Shown piece after piece: positions 56,173 through 64,000 of a stretch of 64,000 bases of DNA. Positions within the stretch are counted from its first letter, which is position 1. Every line of letters starts with the position of its first letter. The notes beneath the pieces are model-generated. The model was not told the DNA's origin. It saw only the letters and a program-made list of their open reading frames with translations, and ran no database searches. The stretch is from an uncultured virus (IMG/VR IMGVR_UViG_2651870323_000004) (taxonomy: Duplodnaviria > Heunggongvirae > Uroviricota > Caudoviricetes), in the IMG/VR virus record IMGVR_UViG_2651870323_000004; one strand, 5' to 3'. The position numbers and the translations under genes were made by a program.

Positions 56173-56523
56173 CTAGGATTCGGGGTCGCTAGGGTTCGAA
56201 TCCCTCCGTTTCCGCCAATCAGGAAAAGCTGCCAGCATGGCCTCAAGGCCATCGGCGGCTTTTTTTTCGTCCTCATGTTCGGACATGGCTAAGTCCTCCG
56301 CCATGGCCGCGACGAACGCGTGCGCTGGGTCTTCACCCAGGATTGCGCGGAGCTTGCCCCGGACACGCCAGTTCGCAGGCCTTTTCCCCTGTTTCATTTG
56401 GATCAATGTCGGCCCCGTGGTGTCGAGCATGGCCGCCAATTTGCGTTGGCTGCCGGCTGCAGTTGATGCTCGCTCGATCAGGTCGGAGAGTTCTTCGAGG
56501 GTCATGGTGGTTGCAAATTGCAA
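56173..56523 (-). CDS. Inovirus repressor-like HTH protein (start may be 56505)
   Basis: GSQRKLAAMLDTTGPTLIQMKQGKRP HTH; divergent from the replication operon; C-terminus reads through the tRNA fragment. Confidence 0.75.
   Translation of the reverse strand: MQFATTMTLEELSDLIERASTAAGSQRKLAAMLDTTGPTLIQMKQGKRPANWRVRGKLRAILGEDPAHAFVAAMAEDLAMSEHEDEKKAADGLEAMLAAFPDWRKRRDSNPSDPES
56191..56217 (+). tRNA. tRNA 3' fragment (probably Ser) = att core
   Basis: AGGGTTCGAATCCCTCCGTTTCCGCCA: T-arm, acceptor strand, G discriminator and CCA; no 5' half upstream. Confidence 0.85.
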
Positions 56524-56589
56524 TAGGTAAGGTTACATTCCGGTTGCAATCTGCATCCGGTAGCGGATTGCTAATTTTAAGCAGCCGCC

Positions 56590-57129
56590 ATGCACCACCA
56601 AATCACCCCCGGCGCCGTCGTCCTGACCGCCGACCAAATCGAGCTCACAGTCCGCGCCCTGGAGGGCAACGTAGCCGCACTGCAGGCCGCCGACGGCTCC
56701 TGGTACGGCTACCGCCACGTCTCCAGCCTGACCCTGGTTTGCCCACCCCTGCCACCAACGGCACCGGCTCAAAGCTTGGCGGCTGCGGCCGGTGCCGGGC
56801 AGGGGGCGGGCATTCACCTGTCGGCTCTTATGTCTTGCATTGGCACTGCAGCTTCGGGCATTGCGTCCGACGGCACCAGGACCCAACGGAAGCCAGGTGG
56901 CGCTTCTCGCGATGGCGTCGCCATTGCACCAAGTGGCCGCTGCGTTGGGTACCTGATGGTGCTCAAGGCTGCTGTCATGCCGTTTTTGATCGCTGCGTAC
57001 AGCACCCAATACGTCAGCATTAATCCAGCTATTGCAGCGGCAAGCGGCAACAGCAATCCGAAGGCAAGTAACCCCATTTTTATCCCTCCCCAAAAAGGGG
57101 AACATGGTAATGGCTGGGGTGAAGCATGA
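56590..57129 (+). CDS. Inovirus hypothetical protein (3' half overlaps an antisense ORF)
   Basis: First ORF of the rightward operon; stop overlaps the next start (ATGA). Confidence 0.45.
   Translation: MHHQITPGAVVLTADQIELTVRALEGNVAALQAADGSWYGYRHVSSLTLVCPPLPPTAPAQSLAAAAGAGQGAGIHLSALMSCIGTAASGIASDGTRTQRKPGGASRDGVAIAPSGRCVGYLMVLKAAVMPFLIAAYSTQYVSINPAIAAASGNSNPKASNPIFIPPQKGEHGNGWGEA
56814..57077 (-). CDS. Small single-TM membrane protein
   Basis: MGLLAFGLLLPLAAAIAGLMLTYWVLYAAIKNG; SD GGGAGG. Confidence 0.55.
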   Translation of the reverse strand: MGLLAFGLLLPLAAAIAGLMLTYWVLYAAIKNGMTAALSTIRYPTQRPLGAMATPSREAPPGFRWVLVPSDAMPEAAVPMQDIRADR

Positions 57130-57596
57130 GGCTCGTCGCCAAGCACCACCAGGTTGGCTACCAGACCCCGGGAGAGCGGCCAGGCTGCCGCAACTGCGCG
57201 CACTTCGAGGTGACGCGCCATGACTCGCCCATCATCGCCCCGCGCACGGCCTGCACGCTGCACCAGCTCGAAGTGACCAGCGGCGGCATCTGCAATAGCC
57301 ACAAGCTGCAGCGCAAGCCCGGCGAGGCCCAGCTCGCGTTCCTGGCCCGTCAGCGCGATCTGCTGGAGAGCCAGGCGCAGGACCTGGAGCCGCGCCTGGT
57401 CGATGACCGCGTGTTCCCCGCTGTGGGGGAGATGTACGAAGGCAAGCCGATGACGGTTGCCAAGCATCGCCGCCTGATGGTGGAGCAGTTGATCACCAAC
57501 GAGGAAGCCTCTGGCGATCCTGATCTGCTGCGCGCCGCAGCGTTCCGCCGCCGCGCCAATGGCATGCCTCCCCGTCCTGGGGATCGTCGCGCATGA
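57126..57596 (+). CDS. Inovirus hypothetical protein, Cys motif
   Basis: CRNCAHF..C..C..H. Confidence 0.65.
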   Translation: MRLVAKHHQVGYQTPGERPGCRNCAHFEVTRHDSPIIAPRTACTLHQLEVTSGGICNSHKLQRKPGEAQLAFLARQRDLLESQAQDLEPRLVDDRVFPAVGEMYEGKPMTVAKHRRLMVEQLITNEEASGDPDLLRAAAFRRRANGMPPRPGDRRA

Positions 57597-57805
57597 GCAC
57601 CGCACCCATGGCCGGCTCGGCCCTTATCCACATGCCCAAGAGCTACGAGATTGCATGCCCGCCGGGCATGCTGGCCCACGGCCACCGCATCAAGCGCTTC
57701 ACGTCCCTGCAGGCCTTCGAAGGCTACGTCGCACAGCTGCGCAAGAGCGGCTGCACTGTCCGCTGGGACACGCCTTTTACCGCCACCGTGGAGGCCACCC
57801 GATGA
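57593..57805 (+). CDS. Inovirus hypothetical protein
   Basis: ATGA-coupled at both ends. Confidence 0.65.
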   Translation: MSTAPMAGSALIHMPKSYEIACPPGMLAHGHRIKRFTSLQAFEGYVAQLRKSGCTVRWDTPFTATVEATR

Positions 57806-58827
57806 GCGGCCGCATGGCGGCGCGCGGAGGGGCCCCGCGCAGCGGGGAGGCGCTGCGCGCCGCCCCGTCCCCTAGTGCTGTAACACTAGGGGAAACCTCC
57901 AAGCAGCGCGCGAAGGTCGATTGGTTGACCGCGACGTGGAAGCCCGAGCCCGACGAACACGTCGTGGCGACGGTTCTGGACCTGCTCCATGGCTTCGGGC
58001 TCAAGGTGGAGGCCGAGGCTGGCCGTGGCCATTTCGGTTTCGCCGAGGGAGCCCGCCTGTACGTCCGCCTGGACGATGGCGCACGCCACCAGGTGGCGCT
58101 CCTCGACTGGGGCGGTGAGCGCATGCGTGGCCGTGCGCGCCTGGACCTCTCCGGCACTGCCTGCAGCCGCATCAGCGACTGGCAGGGCATGCAGGAGTGG
58201 CTGGGCCGCCAGTGGGAAACGACGATCACGCGCGTTGACTTGGCCGTCGATTGCCTCAATGGCGAGTTCACCGTCGAGGACGCCCGGGCCTGGATGGAGG
58301 CCGGCGAGTTCACCGCCGGCGAGGGCCGCCCGCCGCGCCACAGCACACCCGGCGACTGGCTGTCACCCGAACCGTTCTACGGCCGCACGCTGGAGATTGG
58401 CCGCCGCGAGAACGGAAAGATGCTCCGCGCCTACGAAAAGGGCCTCCAGCTCGCACCAGGTAGCGGCGACAAGTGGACGCGCTTCGAGGTCGAAATCCGC
58501 AACAAGGATCGCGACGTGCCGCTCGACGTGCTCACCCGCTGTGATGAGTACTTCGTCGGCGCCTACGAGTGCCTGCAGCGCCTGCTGCCTGCCGCTGGCG
58601 AGCGCATCGCCACCCACCAGAAGGAAGGCGAGCTCAGCCTCGAAACGATGGTCCACCACGCCAGCGTCGGCTACGGAAAGCTCGTGCACGTCATGCGCGG
58701 CCACGTGCCCGCTGACCAAATCCTCGACTTATTTGACCGGCCAGGCGTCCCAAGACGACTGGAAAAGGCCACCCTGGCCGGATTCATCGCGGCGTCGTCT
58801 GTCGCATCACAGGAGAAAAGGCCATGA
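57802..58827 (+). CDS. Rolling-circle initiator, Rep_trans family
   Basis: VDWLT, ITRVDLAVD, GRTLEIGRR, LRAYEKG, WTRFEVE. Confidence 0.92.
   Translation: MSGRMAARGGAPRSGEALRAAPSPSAVTLGETSKQRAKVDWLTATWKPEPDEHVVATVLDLLHGFGLKVEAEAGRGHFGFAEGARLYVRLDDGARHQVALLDWGGERMRGRARLDLSGTACSRISDWQGMQEWLGRQWETTITRVDLAVDCLNGEFTVEDARAWMEAGEFTAGEGRPPRHSTPGDWLSPEPFYGRTLEIGRRENGKMLRAYEKGLQLAPGSGDKWTRFEVEIRNKDRDVPLDVLTRCDEYFVGAYECLQRLLPAAGERIATHQKEGELSLETMVHHASVGYGKLVHVMRGHVPADQILDLFDRPGVPRRLEKATLAGFIAASSVASQEKRP
57869..57892 (+). promoter_or_regulatory. Probable double-strand origin (nick-site hairpin)
   Basis: CCCCTAGTG-CTGTAA-CACTAGGGG in the 5' part of the rep gene, the usual location for Rep_trans origins. 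Confidence 0.7.
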
Positions 58828-59132
58828 AAGCACATGTGATCGGTATCGAGATTTCCGAGGGCGTCAGCAAGAAGACAGGGCAGCCCTATGCCATCGGCAA
58901 GCTGTTCTGCGCGCTCCCCATCGTGGGGAAGGGGGCACGCGGCCTCATGGGCAGTGAGTACCAATGCGAACCTGTGGTGCTGCGCAAGCTCGATGGCATC
59001 GAGCTCCCCGTCGTCTGCGAGCTCGAAATGCAGGACGTTATGCGCTACGGCCAACGCCGCCAGGAGATCGTGTCCGTGGTGCCCGTCAAGGCTGCTGCGC
59101 AGCAGCCTGCAGCCGCTCCCCGTGCCGCCTGA
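58824..59132 (+). CDS. ssDNA-binding protein (pV-like)
   Basis: GVSKKTGQPYAI hairpin; follows rep. Confidence 0.8.
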   Translation: MKAHVIGIEISEGVSKKTGQPYAIGKLFCALPIVGKGARGLMGSEYQCEPVVLRKLDGIELPVVCELEMQDVMRYGQRRQEIVSVVPVKAAAQQPAAAPRAA

Positions 59133-59199
59133 GTGCAGCCGGTTGCCCTCCCGCCCGGGAGGGCCTCCGAGTGCATTTGCACGGCAGAGGGAGGTACCC

Positions 59200-59346
59200 A
59201 TGGATGATCAGGCGGAATGCCCGCATTGCGACCACAAAGGCCCGCTGGATGAATTTTTCGATGGCGACGACAGCGCGGGCGGCGAGGACTGGCTCGTCTG
59301 CCCTGACTGCGGCTCTGGCGGCATGTTGGACGACTTCACCGGCTGA
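59200..59346 (+). CDS. Small acidic Zn-ribbon protein
   Basis: CPHC..CPDC; SD GGAGG. Confidence 0.65.
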   Translation: MDDQAECPHCDHKGPLDEFFDGDDSAGGEDWLVCPDCGSGGMLDDFTG

Positions 59347-59348
59347 CC

Positions 59349-59561
59349 ATGCACATCCTCGTTTGCAACGTCGCACAGGCGCCGTGCCCGCCCGATCAGC
59401 AAGCCTTGCTGAGCTTCACCCAGGCGGAGGACTTCGCCGCCCTGGGCCTCACACCCGAGGTGGTGGCTGCGGCATACGTGTTTGGCGCCGGCAGCGTGGT
59501 CCTGTGGTGGTTCCTCGGCTACTGCATCAGCCTCGCGATCAAGCTGATTTCCAAGGCCTGA
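59349..59561 (+). CDS. Minor coat protein (pVII/pIX-like)
   Basis: Single C-terminal TM. Confidence 0.65.
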   Translation: MHILVCNVAQAPCPPDQQALLSFTQAEDFAALGLTPEVVAAAYVFGAGSVVLWWFLGYCISLAIKLISKA

Positions 59562-59646
59562 CCAATGCAACTATCAGCCTCGCGTGCGGGGTTGATGGGT
59601 GCAAACCGGATTCCCCGGAACACCGATTTTTTTCTGGAGTTTGAAA

Positions 59647-59781
59647 ATGGACGCAATCTTTGCAGCAGTGGATTTCAAGACCGTCGCCGCGGCCGTGGGT
59701 GTCATCGGTGTCGCCGTCATCGGCATCCACATGGCCTTCAAGGGCATCGACCTGGGCAAGCGTGGCGTGAAAAAGGCCTGA
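59647..59781 (+). CDS. Major coat protein (pVIII-like, no signal peptide)
   Basis: 44 aa: acidic N-terminus, TM, basic C-terminus KRGVKKA; SD GGAG. Confidence 0.82.
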   Translation: MDAIFAAVDFKTVAAAVGVIGVAVIGIHMAFKGIDLGKRGVKKA

Positions 59782-59791
59782 GGGTAGGCCC

Positions 59792-59890
59792 ATGCTGATA
59801 GGGGCGCTGCTCGCTCTCTTCCTGGCCCTGGTGGCCGTGATTGGGGCGGTCAGCGCCCTTGTTTTTGCTCTGCAGGTGCGCAATGCTTAG
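59792..59890 (+). CDS. Small hydrophobic minor coat protein
   Basis: MLIGALLALFLALVAVIGAVSALVFALQVRNA. Confidence 0.6.
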   Translation: MLIGALLALFLALVAVIGAVSALVFALQVRNA

Positions 59891-60730
59891 ATCGTCAAAG
59901 TTCTTGTCTCTCCTGGTCGTGCTCCTGGCCGGTGTTGGCACGTCAAACGCCGGTGTGCGGTACCAATATGGCGACGCCTGGTACCCCAGTGCGACCGCTG
60001 CTTGTCAGGCCCACATAACGAAGAACGCATCTTCGAATCCGGGCGTTTCGTCGTCGGTCTCTGCGGTGCAGGAGTTCGCTACCACTGCGGTTTGCACTAT
60101 CTCCTCCTCCAGCGCAAATGGATCGTGGACCGATCGTTTGACCGTCGGCCGCGAAGAGACCGCGTGCACAGCAGGTGAGTCAACTGGCGAGCTCGACTAC
60201 CCCGGTTCTCGCGGCTCGTTCAGGACTTGTGTCCAGGGCTGTCTGGCGGACATGAGCGCCGTTACTCCCGTGCTTGAGTGCTCAGGCACTGGCACCAGCG
60301 CGTGCACCTACAAGACCCGCATGTCCGGCAAGCTGACCGGCGCATCGTGCAGCTCCGCATCTGGCGATCCGCCCACCACCAACCCGCCACCATGCCCGTC
60401 CGGCATGTCCGGTGGCTACGTCAACGGCGTTGAGGCCTGCGTCCCCAACTCGGGGAGCGGTGGCAGCACTGGCGGTGGCACTGGCGGCGGTACCGGGTCC
60501 GGCGACGGCACAGGCGGCGGCACGGGCGGCGGCACGGGCGGCGGCACTGGCGGCGGCACTGGCGGTGGTACTGGTTCCGGTGACGGGTCAGGCGGTGGCA
60601 CTGGTGGTAGTACAGGTGGCGGCACCGGGTCCGGTGATGGCACTGGGGGCGGTACTGGCGGCGGTACTGGCGGCGGTACTGGCGGCGGTACTGGCGGCGG
60701 CACTGGCGGAGGCACTGGCGGAGGCACTGG
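59883..60730 (+). CDS. Adsorption protein pIII-like, truncated by assembly artefact
   Basis: Signal peptide, Cys-rich N-terminal domains, (GGGT)n linker. Confidence 0.8.
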
Positions 60731-60731
60731 C
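60470..60731 (+). repeat. 12-bp GGCGGYGGYACW-like coding repeats (GGGT linker)
   Basis: Tandem repeats within pIII. Confidence 0.9.
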
Positions 60732-60906
60732 GGGGGGGCGGGGGGGGGGGCGGGCGGGGGGGCGGGCGCGGGGGGCGGGGGGGCGGCTGGGCCCCCCCCC
60801 CCATGGGGGGGGAGGTGCTGGGGGGGGGGCGCGTCGCTCCCGGGCGGGCCTGGGGGGCCCGCCTCCCACCGGCCGCCCCCTGTTCGGGGCGGCGCGCCTG
60901 GGGCCT

Positions 60907-61107
60907 GCCTGCGGCGGCGGTGGCGGGCGTCCAGTTGGCATCGCGCCAGCACAGTTCGTTCGTGCCGTTCTTCCACACCAGCTCGCCGGTGCCGTTTTGC
61001 CAGTTGTCGATCACCTTGCCGCCGTCAGCGGCCTTGACTTGGGCACCAGCCGAGGTAGCCAGCACGGCAGAGGCCAACAACATCGCCACTTTGTTCAGTT
61101 TCTTCAT
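60907..61107 (-). CDS. ompA: Host outer membrane protein A, 5' part only
   Basis: MKKLNKVAMLLASA..WKNGTNELCWRDANWTPATA, divergent from gyrA. Confidence 0.85.
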
Positions 61108-61341
61108 GGTTCTCCTCTTGGGGAAAAAGCCGCAGCCGCGCTGCGAATATGGACGTCGTCAGTGACCATCACCAAAAACGCTGAATTGATTGTGCCATAC
61201 GTAACAAGGCAAAGTGACCGCCCCCCAACCCTCTACCGTAGGACAAAAGCGCTTTACCCCCCGATCTGTTGCGCACTTGCGACAAGGCGTTGCGCCTAGA
61301 ATGTCCGACCTCCGCCGCCCTGATCCCGCATCCCCGACCCC

Positions 61342-64000
61342 ATGACCCAGTTCGCCAAAGAAACCCTGCCCATCAGCCTCGAAGAGGAGATGCGGCGCAG
61401 TTATCTCGATTACGCGATGAGCGTGATCGTCGGCCGCGCGTTGCCGGATGCGCGGGACGGCCTCAAGCCGGTGCATCGCCGCGTGCTGTTCGCGATGCAC
61501 GAACTGAATAACGACTGGAACCGCCCTTACAAGAAGTCGGCCCGTATCGTCGGCGACGTCATCGGCAAGTACCACCCCCACGGAGACAGCGCCGTGTACG
61601 ACACGATCGTGCGGATGGCGCAGGATTTCTCGCTGCGGCACATGCTGGTGGACGGCCAGGGCAATTTCGGCTCCGTGGACGGCGACGGCGCGGCCGCCAT
61701 GCGGTACACGGAAATCCGCCTGTCGAAGATCGCCCACGAGATGCTGGCCGACATCGACAAGGAAACCGTTGATTTCGGTCCCAACTACGACGGCAGCGAG
61801 AAGGAGCCGCTGGTGCTGCCCAGCAAGCTGCCCAACCTGCTCGTGAACGGCTCGGCCGGCATCGCGGTGGGCATGGCGACGAACATTCCGCCGCACAACC
61901 TGAACGAGGTGGTGGATGCCTGCCTGCACGTGCTGCGCCACCCGGACGCCACGGTGGACGAGATCATGGAGATCATCCCCGCGCCGGACTTCCCGACCGC
62001 GGGCATCATCTACGGCATCAACGGCGTGAAGGAAGGCTACCGGACCGGCCGCGGCAAGGTGGTCATGCGCGCGCGCTGCCACTTCGAGGACATCGACCGC
62101 GGCCAGCGCCAGGCCATCATCGTCGATGAGCTGCCCTACCAGGTCAACAAGAAGACGCTCCAGGAGCGCATGGCCGAACTGGTGCACGAGAAGAAGATCG
62201 AGGGCATCAGCCACATCCAGGACGAGTCCGACAAATCGGGCATGCGCCTGGTGATCGAACTCAAGCGCGGCGAAGTGCCCGAGGTGGTGCTGAACAACCT
62301 CTACAAGCAGACCCAGCTGCAGGATACCTTCGGCATCAACATGGTGGCGCTGGTGGACGGCCAGCCGCGCCTGTGCAACCTGCGGGACCTGATCGTCGTG
62401 TTCCTGCAGCACCGCCGCGAGGTGGTGACGCGGCGCACGGTGTTCGAGCTGCGCAAGGCCCGCGAGCGCGGCCACGTGCTGGAAGGCCTCGCCGTGGCGC
62501 TGGCCAACATCGACGAGTTCATCCGCATCATCCGCGAATCGCCCACGCCGCCCATCGCCAAGACCGAGCTGATGAACCGCGCCTGGGACAGCCAGCTGGT
62601 GCGCGAGATGCTCACGCGCACCCGTGCGGACGGCGGCGTGGTCAATGCCGACGACTACCGCCCCGAGGGCCTGGAGCGCGAATACGGCATGGGGCAGGAC
62701 GGCCTGTACCGGCTCTCCGAAACGCAGGCCCAGGAAATCCTGCAGATGCGCCTGCAGCGCCTGACGGGCCTGGAGCAGGACAAGATCGTCGCGGAGTACA
62801 AGGACATCATGGCGGTCATCGAGGACCTGCTGGACATCCTGGCCAAGCCCGAGCGCGTCTCGGTCATCATCGGCGACGAGCTCACCGCCATCAAGGCGGA
62901 GTTCGGCCAGCACAAGCTCGGCATGCGCCGCACCCTGGTCGAGCACAGCGCGCAGGATCTCTCCACCGAGGACCTCATCACGCCCACCGACATGGTGGTG
63001 ACCCTCTCGCACACGGGCTACATCAAGAGCCAGCCGCTGTCCGAGTACCGCGCGCAGAAGCGCGGCGGGCGCGGCAAGCAGGCCACGGCGACCAAGGAAG
63101 ACGACTGGATCGACCAGCTCTTCATCGCCAATACGCACGACTACATCCTCTGCTTCTCCAACCGCGGCCGGCTGTACTGGCTCAAGGTCTGGGAAGTGCC
63201 GGCGGGCTCGCGCGGCTCCCGAGGCCGGCCGATCGTGAACATGTTCCCGCTGCAGGAAGGCGAGAAGATCAACGTGGTGCTGCCGCTGACCGGCGACATG
63301 CGCACCTTCCCCGCCGACCGCTTCGTCTTCATGGCGACCAGCATGGGCACGGTGAAGAAGACGGCGCTGGACGAGTTCAGCAACCCGCGCAAGGGCGGCA
63401 TCATCGCCGTGAACCTGGACGACGGCGACTATCTGATCGGGGCTGCGCTCACCGACGGCCAGCACGACGTGATGCTCTTCTCGGACGGCGGCAAGGGCGT
63501 GCGCTTCGACGAGAACGACGTGCGGCCGCTGGGCCGCGCCGCGCGCGGCGTGCGCGGCATGATGCTGGAGGACGGCCAGAGCGTGATCGCCATGCTGGTG
63601 GCGGAGGACGAGACGCAGAGCGTGCTCACCGCCACCGAGAACGGCTACGGCAAGCGCACCAGCATCGTCGAATACACGCGCCACGGCCGCGGGACCAAGG
63701 GGATGATCGCCATCCAGCAGAGCGAGCGCAACGGCAAGGTCGTCGCCGCCACCCTGGTCCATGCGGAAGACGAGATCATGCTGATCACCGACAAGGGCGT
63801 GCTGGTGCGCACGCGCGTGGCGGAGATCCGCGAGCTGGGCCGCGCCACGCAGGGCGTGACGCTGATCGCGCTGGACGAAGGCGCGAAACTGAGCGGGCTG
63901 CAGCGCATCGTAGAGAACGACGCGAACCCGCCGGCCGCCGACACCACCGACGACGCTCCCCCTTCCGACGCGCAGGACGCGGACGGGCCCTCGACCGAAT
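61342..64000 (+). CDS. gyrA: DNA gyrase subunit A (stop just beyond the window)
   Basis: [46 protein letters not shown], GyrA-box QKRGGRG. Confidence 0.98.
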   Translation, partial: MTQFAKETLPISLEEEMRRSYLDYAMSVIVGRALPDARDGLKPVHRRVLFAMHELNNDWNRPYKKSARIVGDVIGKYHPHGDSAVYDTIVRMAQDFSLRHMLVDGQGNFGSVDGDGAAAMRYTEIRLSKIAHEMLADIDKETVDFGPNYDGSEKEPLVLPSKLPNLLVNGSAGIAVGMATNIPPHNLNEVVDACLHVLRHPDATVDEIMEIIPAPDFPTAGIIYGINGVKEGYRTGRGKVVMRARCHFEDIDRGQRQAIIVDELPYQVNKKTLQERMAELVHEKKIEGISHIQDESDKSGMRLVIELKRGEVPEVVLNNLYKQTQLQDTFGINMVALVDGQPRLCNLRDLIVVFLQHRREVVTRRTVFELRKARERGHVLEGLAVALANIDEFIRIIRESPTPPIAKTELMNRAWDSQLVREMLTRTRADGGVVNADDYRPEGLEREYGMGQDGLYRLSETQAQEILQMRLQRLTGLEQDKIVAEYKDIMAVIEDLLDILAKPERVSVIIGDELTAIKAEFGQHKLGMRRTLVEHSAQDLSTEDLITPTDMVVTLSHTGYIKSQPLSEYRAQKRGGRGKQATATKEDDWIDQLFIANTHDYILCFSNRGRLYWLKVWEVPAGSRGSRGRPIVNMFPLQEGEKINVVLPLTGDMRTFPADRFVFMATSMGTVKKTALDEFSNPRKGGIIAVNLDDGDYLIGAALTDGQHDVMLFSDGGKGVRFDENDVRPLGRAARGVRGMMLEDGQSVIAMLVAEDETQSVLTATENGYGKRTSIVEYTRHGRGTKGMIAIQQSERNGKVVAATLVHAEDEIMLITDKGVLVRTRVAEIRELGRATQGVTLIALDEGAKLSGLQRIVENDANPPAADTTDDAPPSDAQDADGPSTE

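Larger units (their letters stand above)
1..56217. mobile_element. Temperate podovirus-like prophage (lambdoid early region; N4-gp56/Bcep22-like structural module)
   Basis: Integrase at left edge, immunity/replication/packaging/lysis/capsid/tail/ejection genes in order, tRNA 3' fragment at right end; left att is outside the window. Confidence 0.93.
56173..60730. mobile_element. Filamentous (inovirus) prophage, right part missing
   Basis: Repressor, Rep_trans initiator, SSB, small coat genes, Gly-rich pIII; no zot/pI or integrase visible before the artefact. Confidence 0.88.

Noticed and set aside
60731..60906. Apparent pIII-ompA fusion or inovirus insertion into ompA
   Set aside because: Poly-G/poly-C low-complexity junction truncating both genes; probable misjoin, so adjacency to ompA/gyrA and absence of zot or an integrase cannot be trusted

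Overview
GC-rich betaproteobacterial (Comamonadaceae, Acidovorax-like) draft-assembly window in three parts. (1) 1-56217: a nearly complete temperate podovirus-type prophage. It has a tyrosine integrase/xis, a leftward early operon (100-N gap at 2854-2953, SpoU methyltransferase), a lambdoid cI/cro/cII switch with three operators, an iteron-containing replication initiator, nin-type genes, terminase, portal, lysis genes, an N4-gp56-type capsid, tail fibres, ejection proteins and a ~3400-aa polyvalent protein. It ends at a duplicated tRNA-Ser 3' end. (2) 56173-~60730: a filamentous (inovirus) prophage at the same tRNA end, truncated inside pIII by a poly-G/C assembly artefact. (3) ~60900-64000: host ompA 5' part and gyrA. 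Most notable observations: an AT-richer orphan ParA-like ATPase moron preceded by seven CCTGC-core units at an exact 19-bp period overlapping its promoter; eight copies of a late-promoter motif GTRCCAAGCCTGCCAnnnT, half directly ahead of apparently leaderless genes; a CsrA-like gene next to the capsid gene plus an identical GGA-loop hairpin in two structural-gene leaders; an overprinted +1-frame gene inside the giant protein gene; a methyltransferase-APS/PAPS-reductase fusion among ejection genes; and an att core lying inside the inovirus repressor gene. All calls are from motif reading by eye; no database searches were run.
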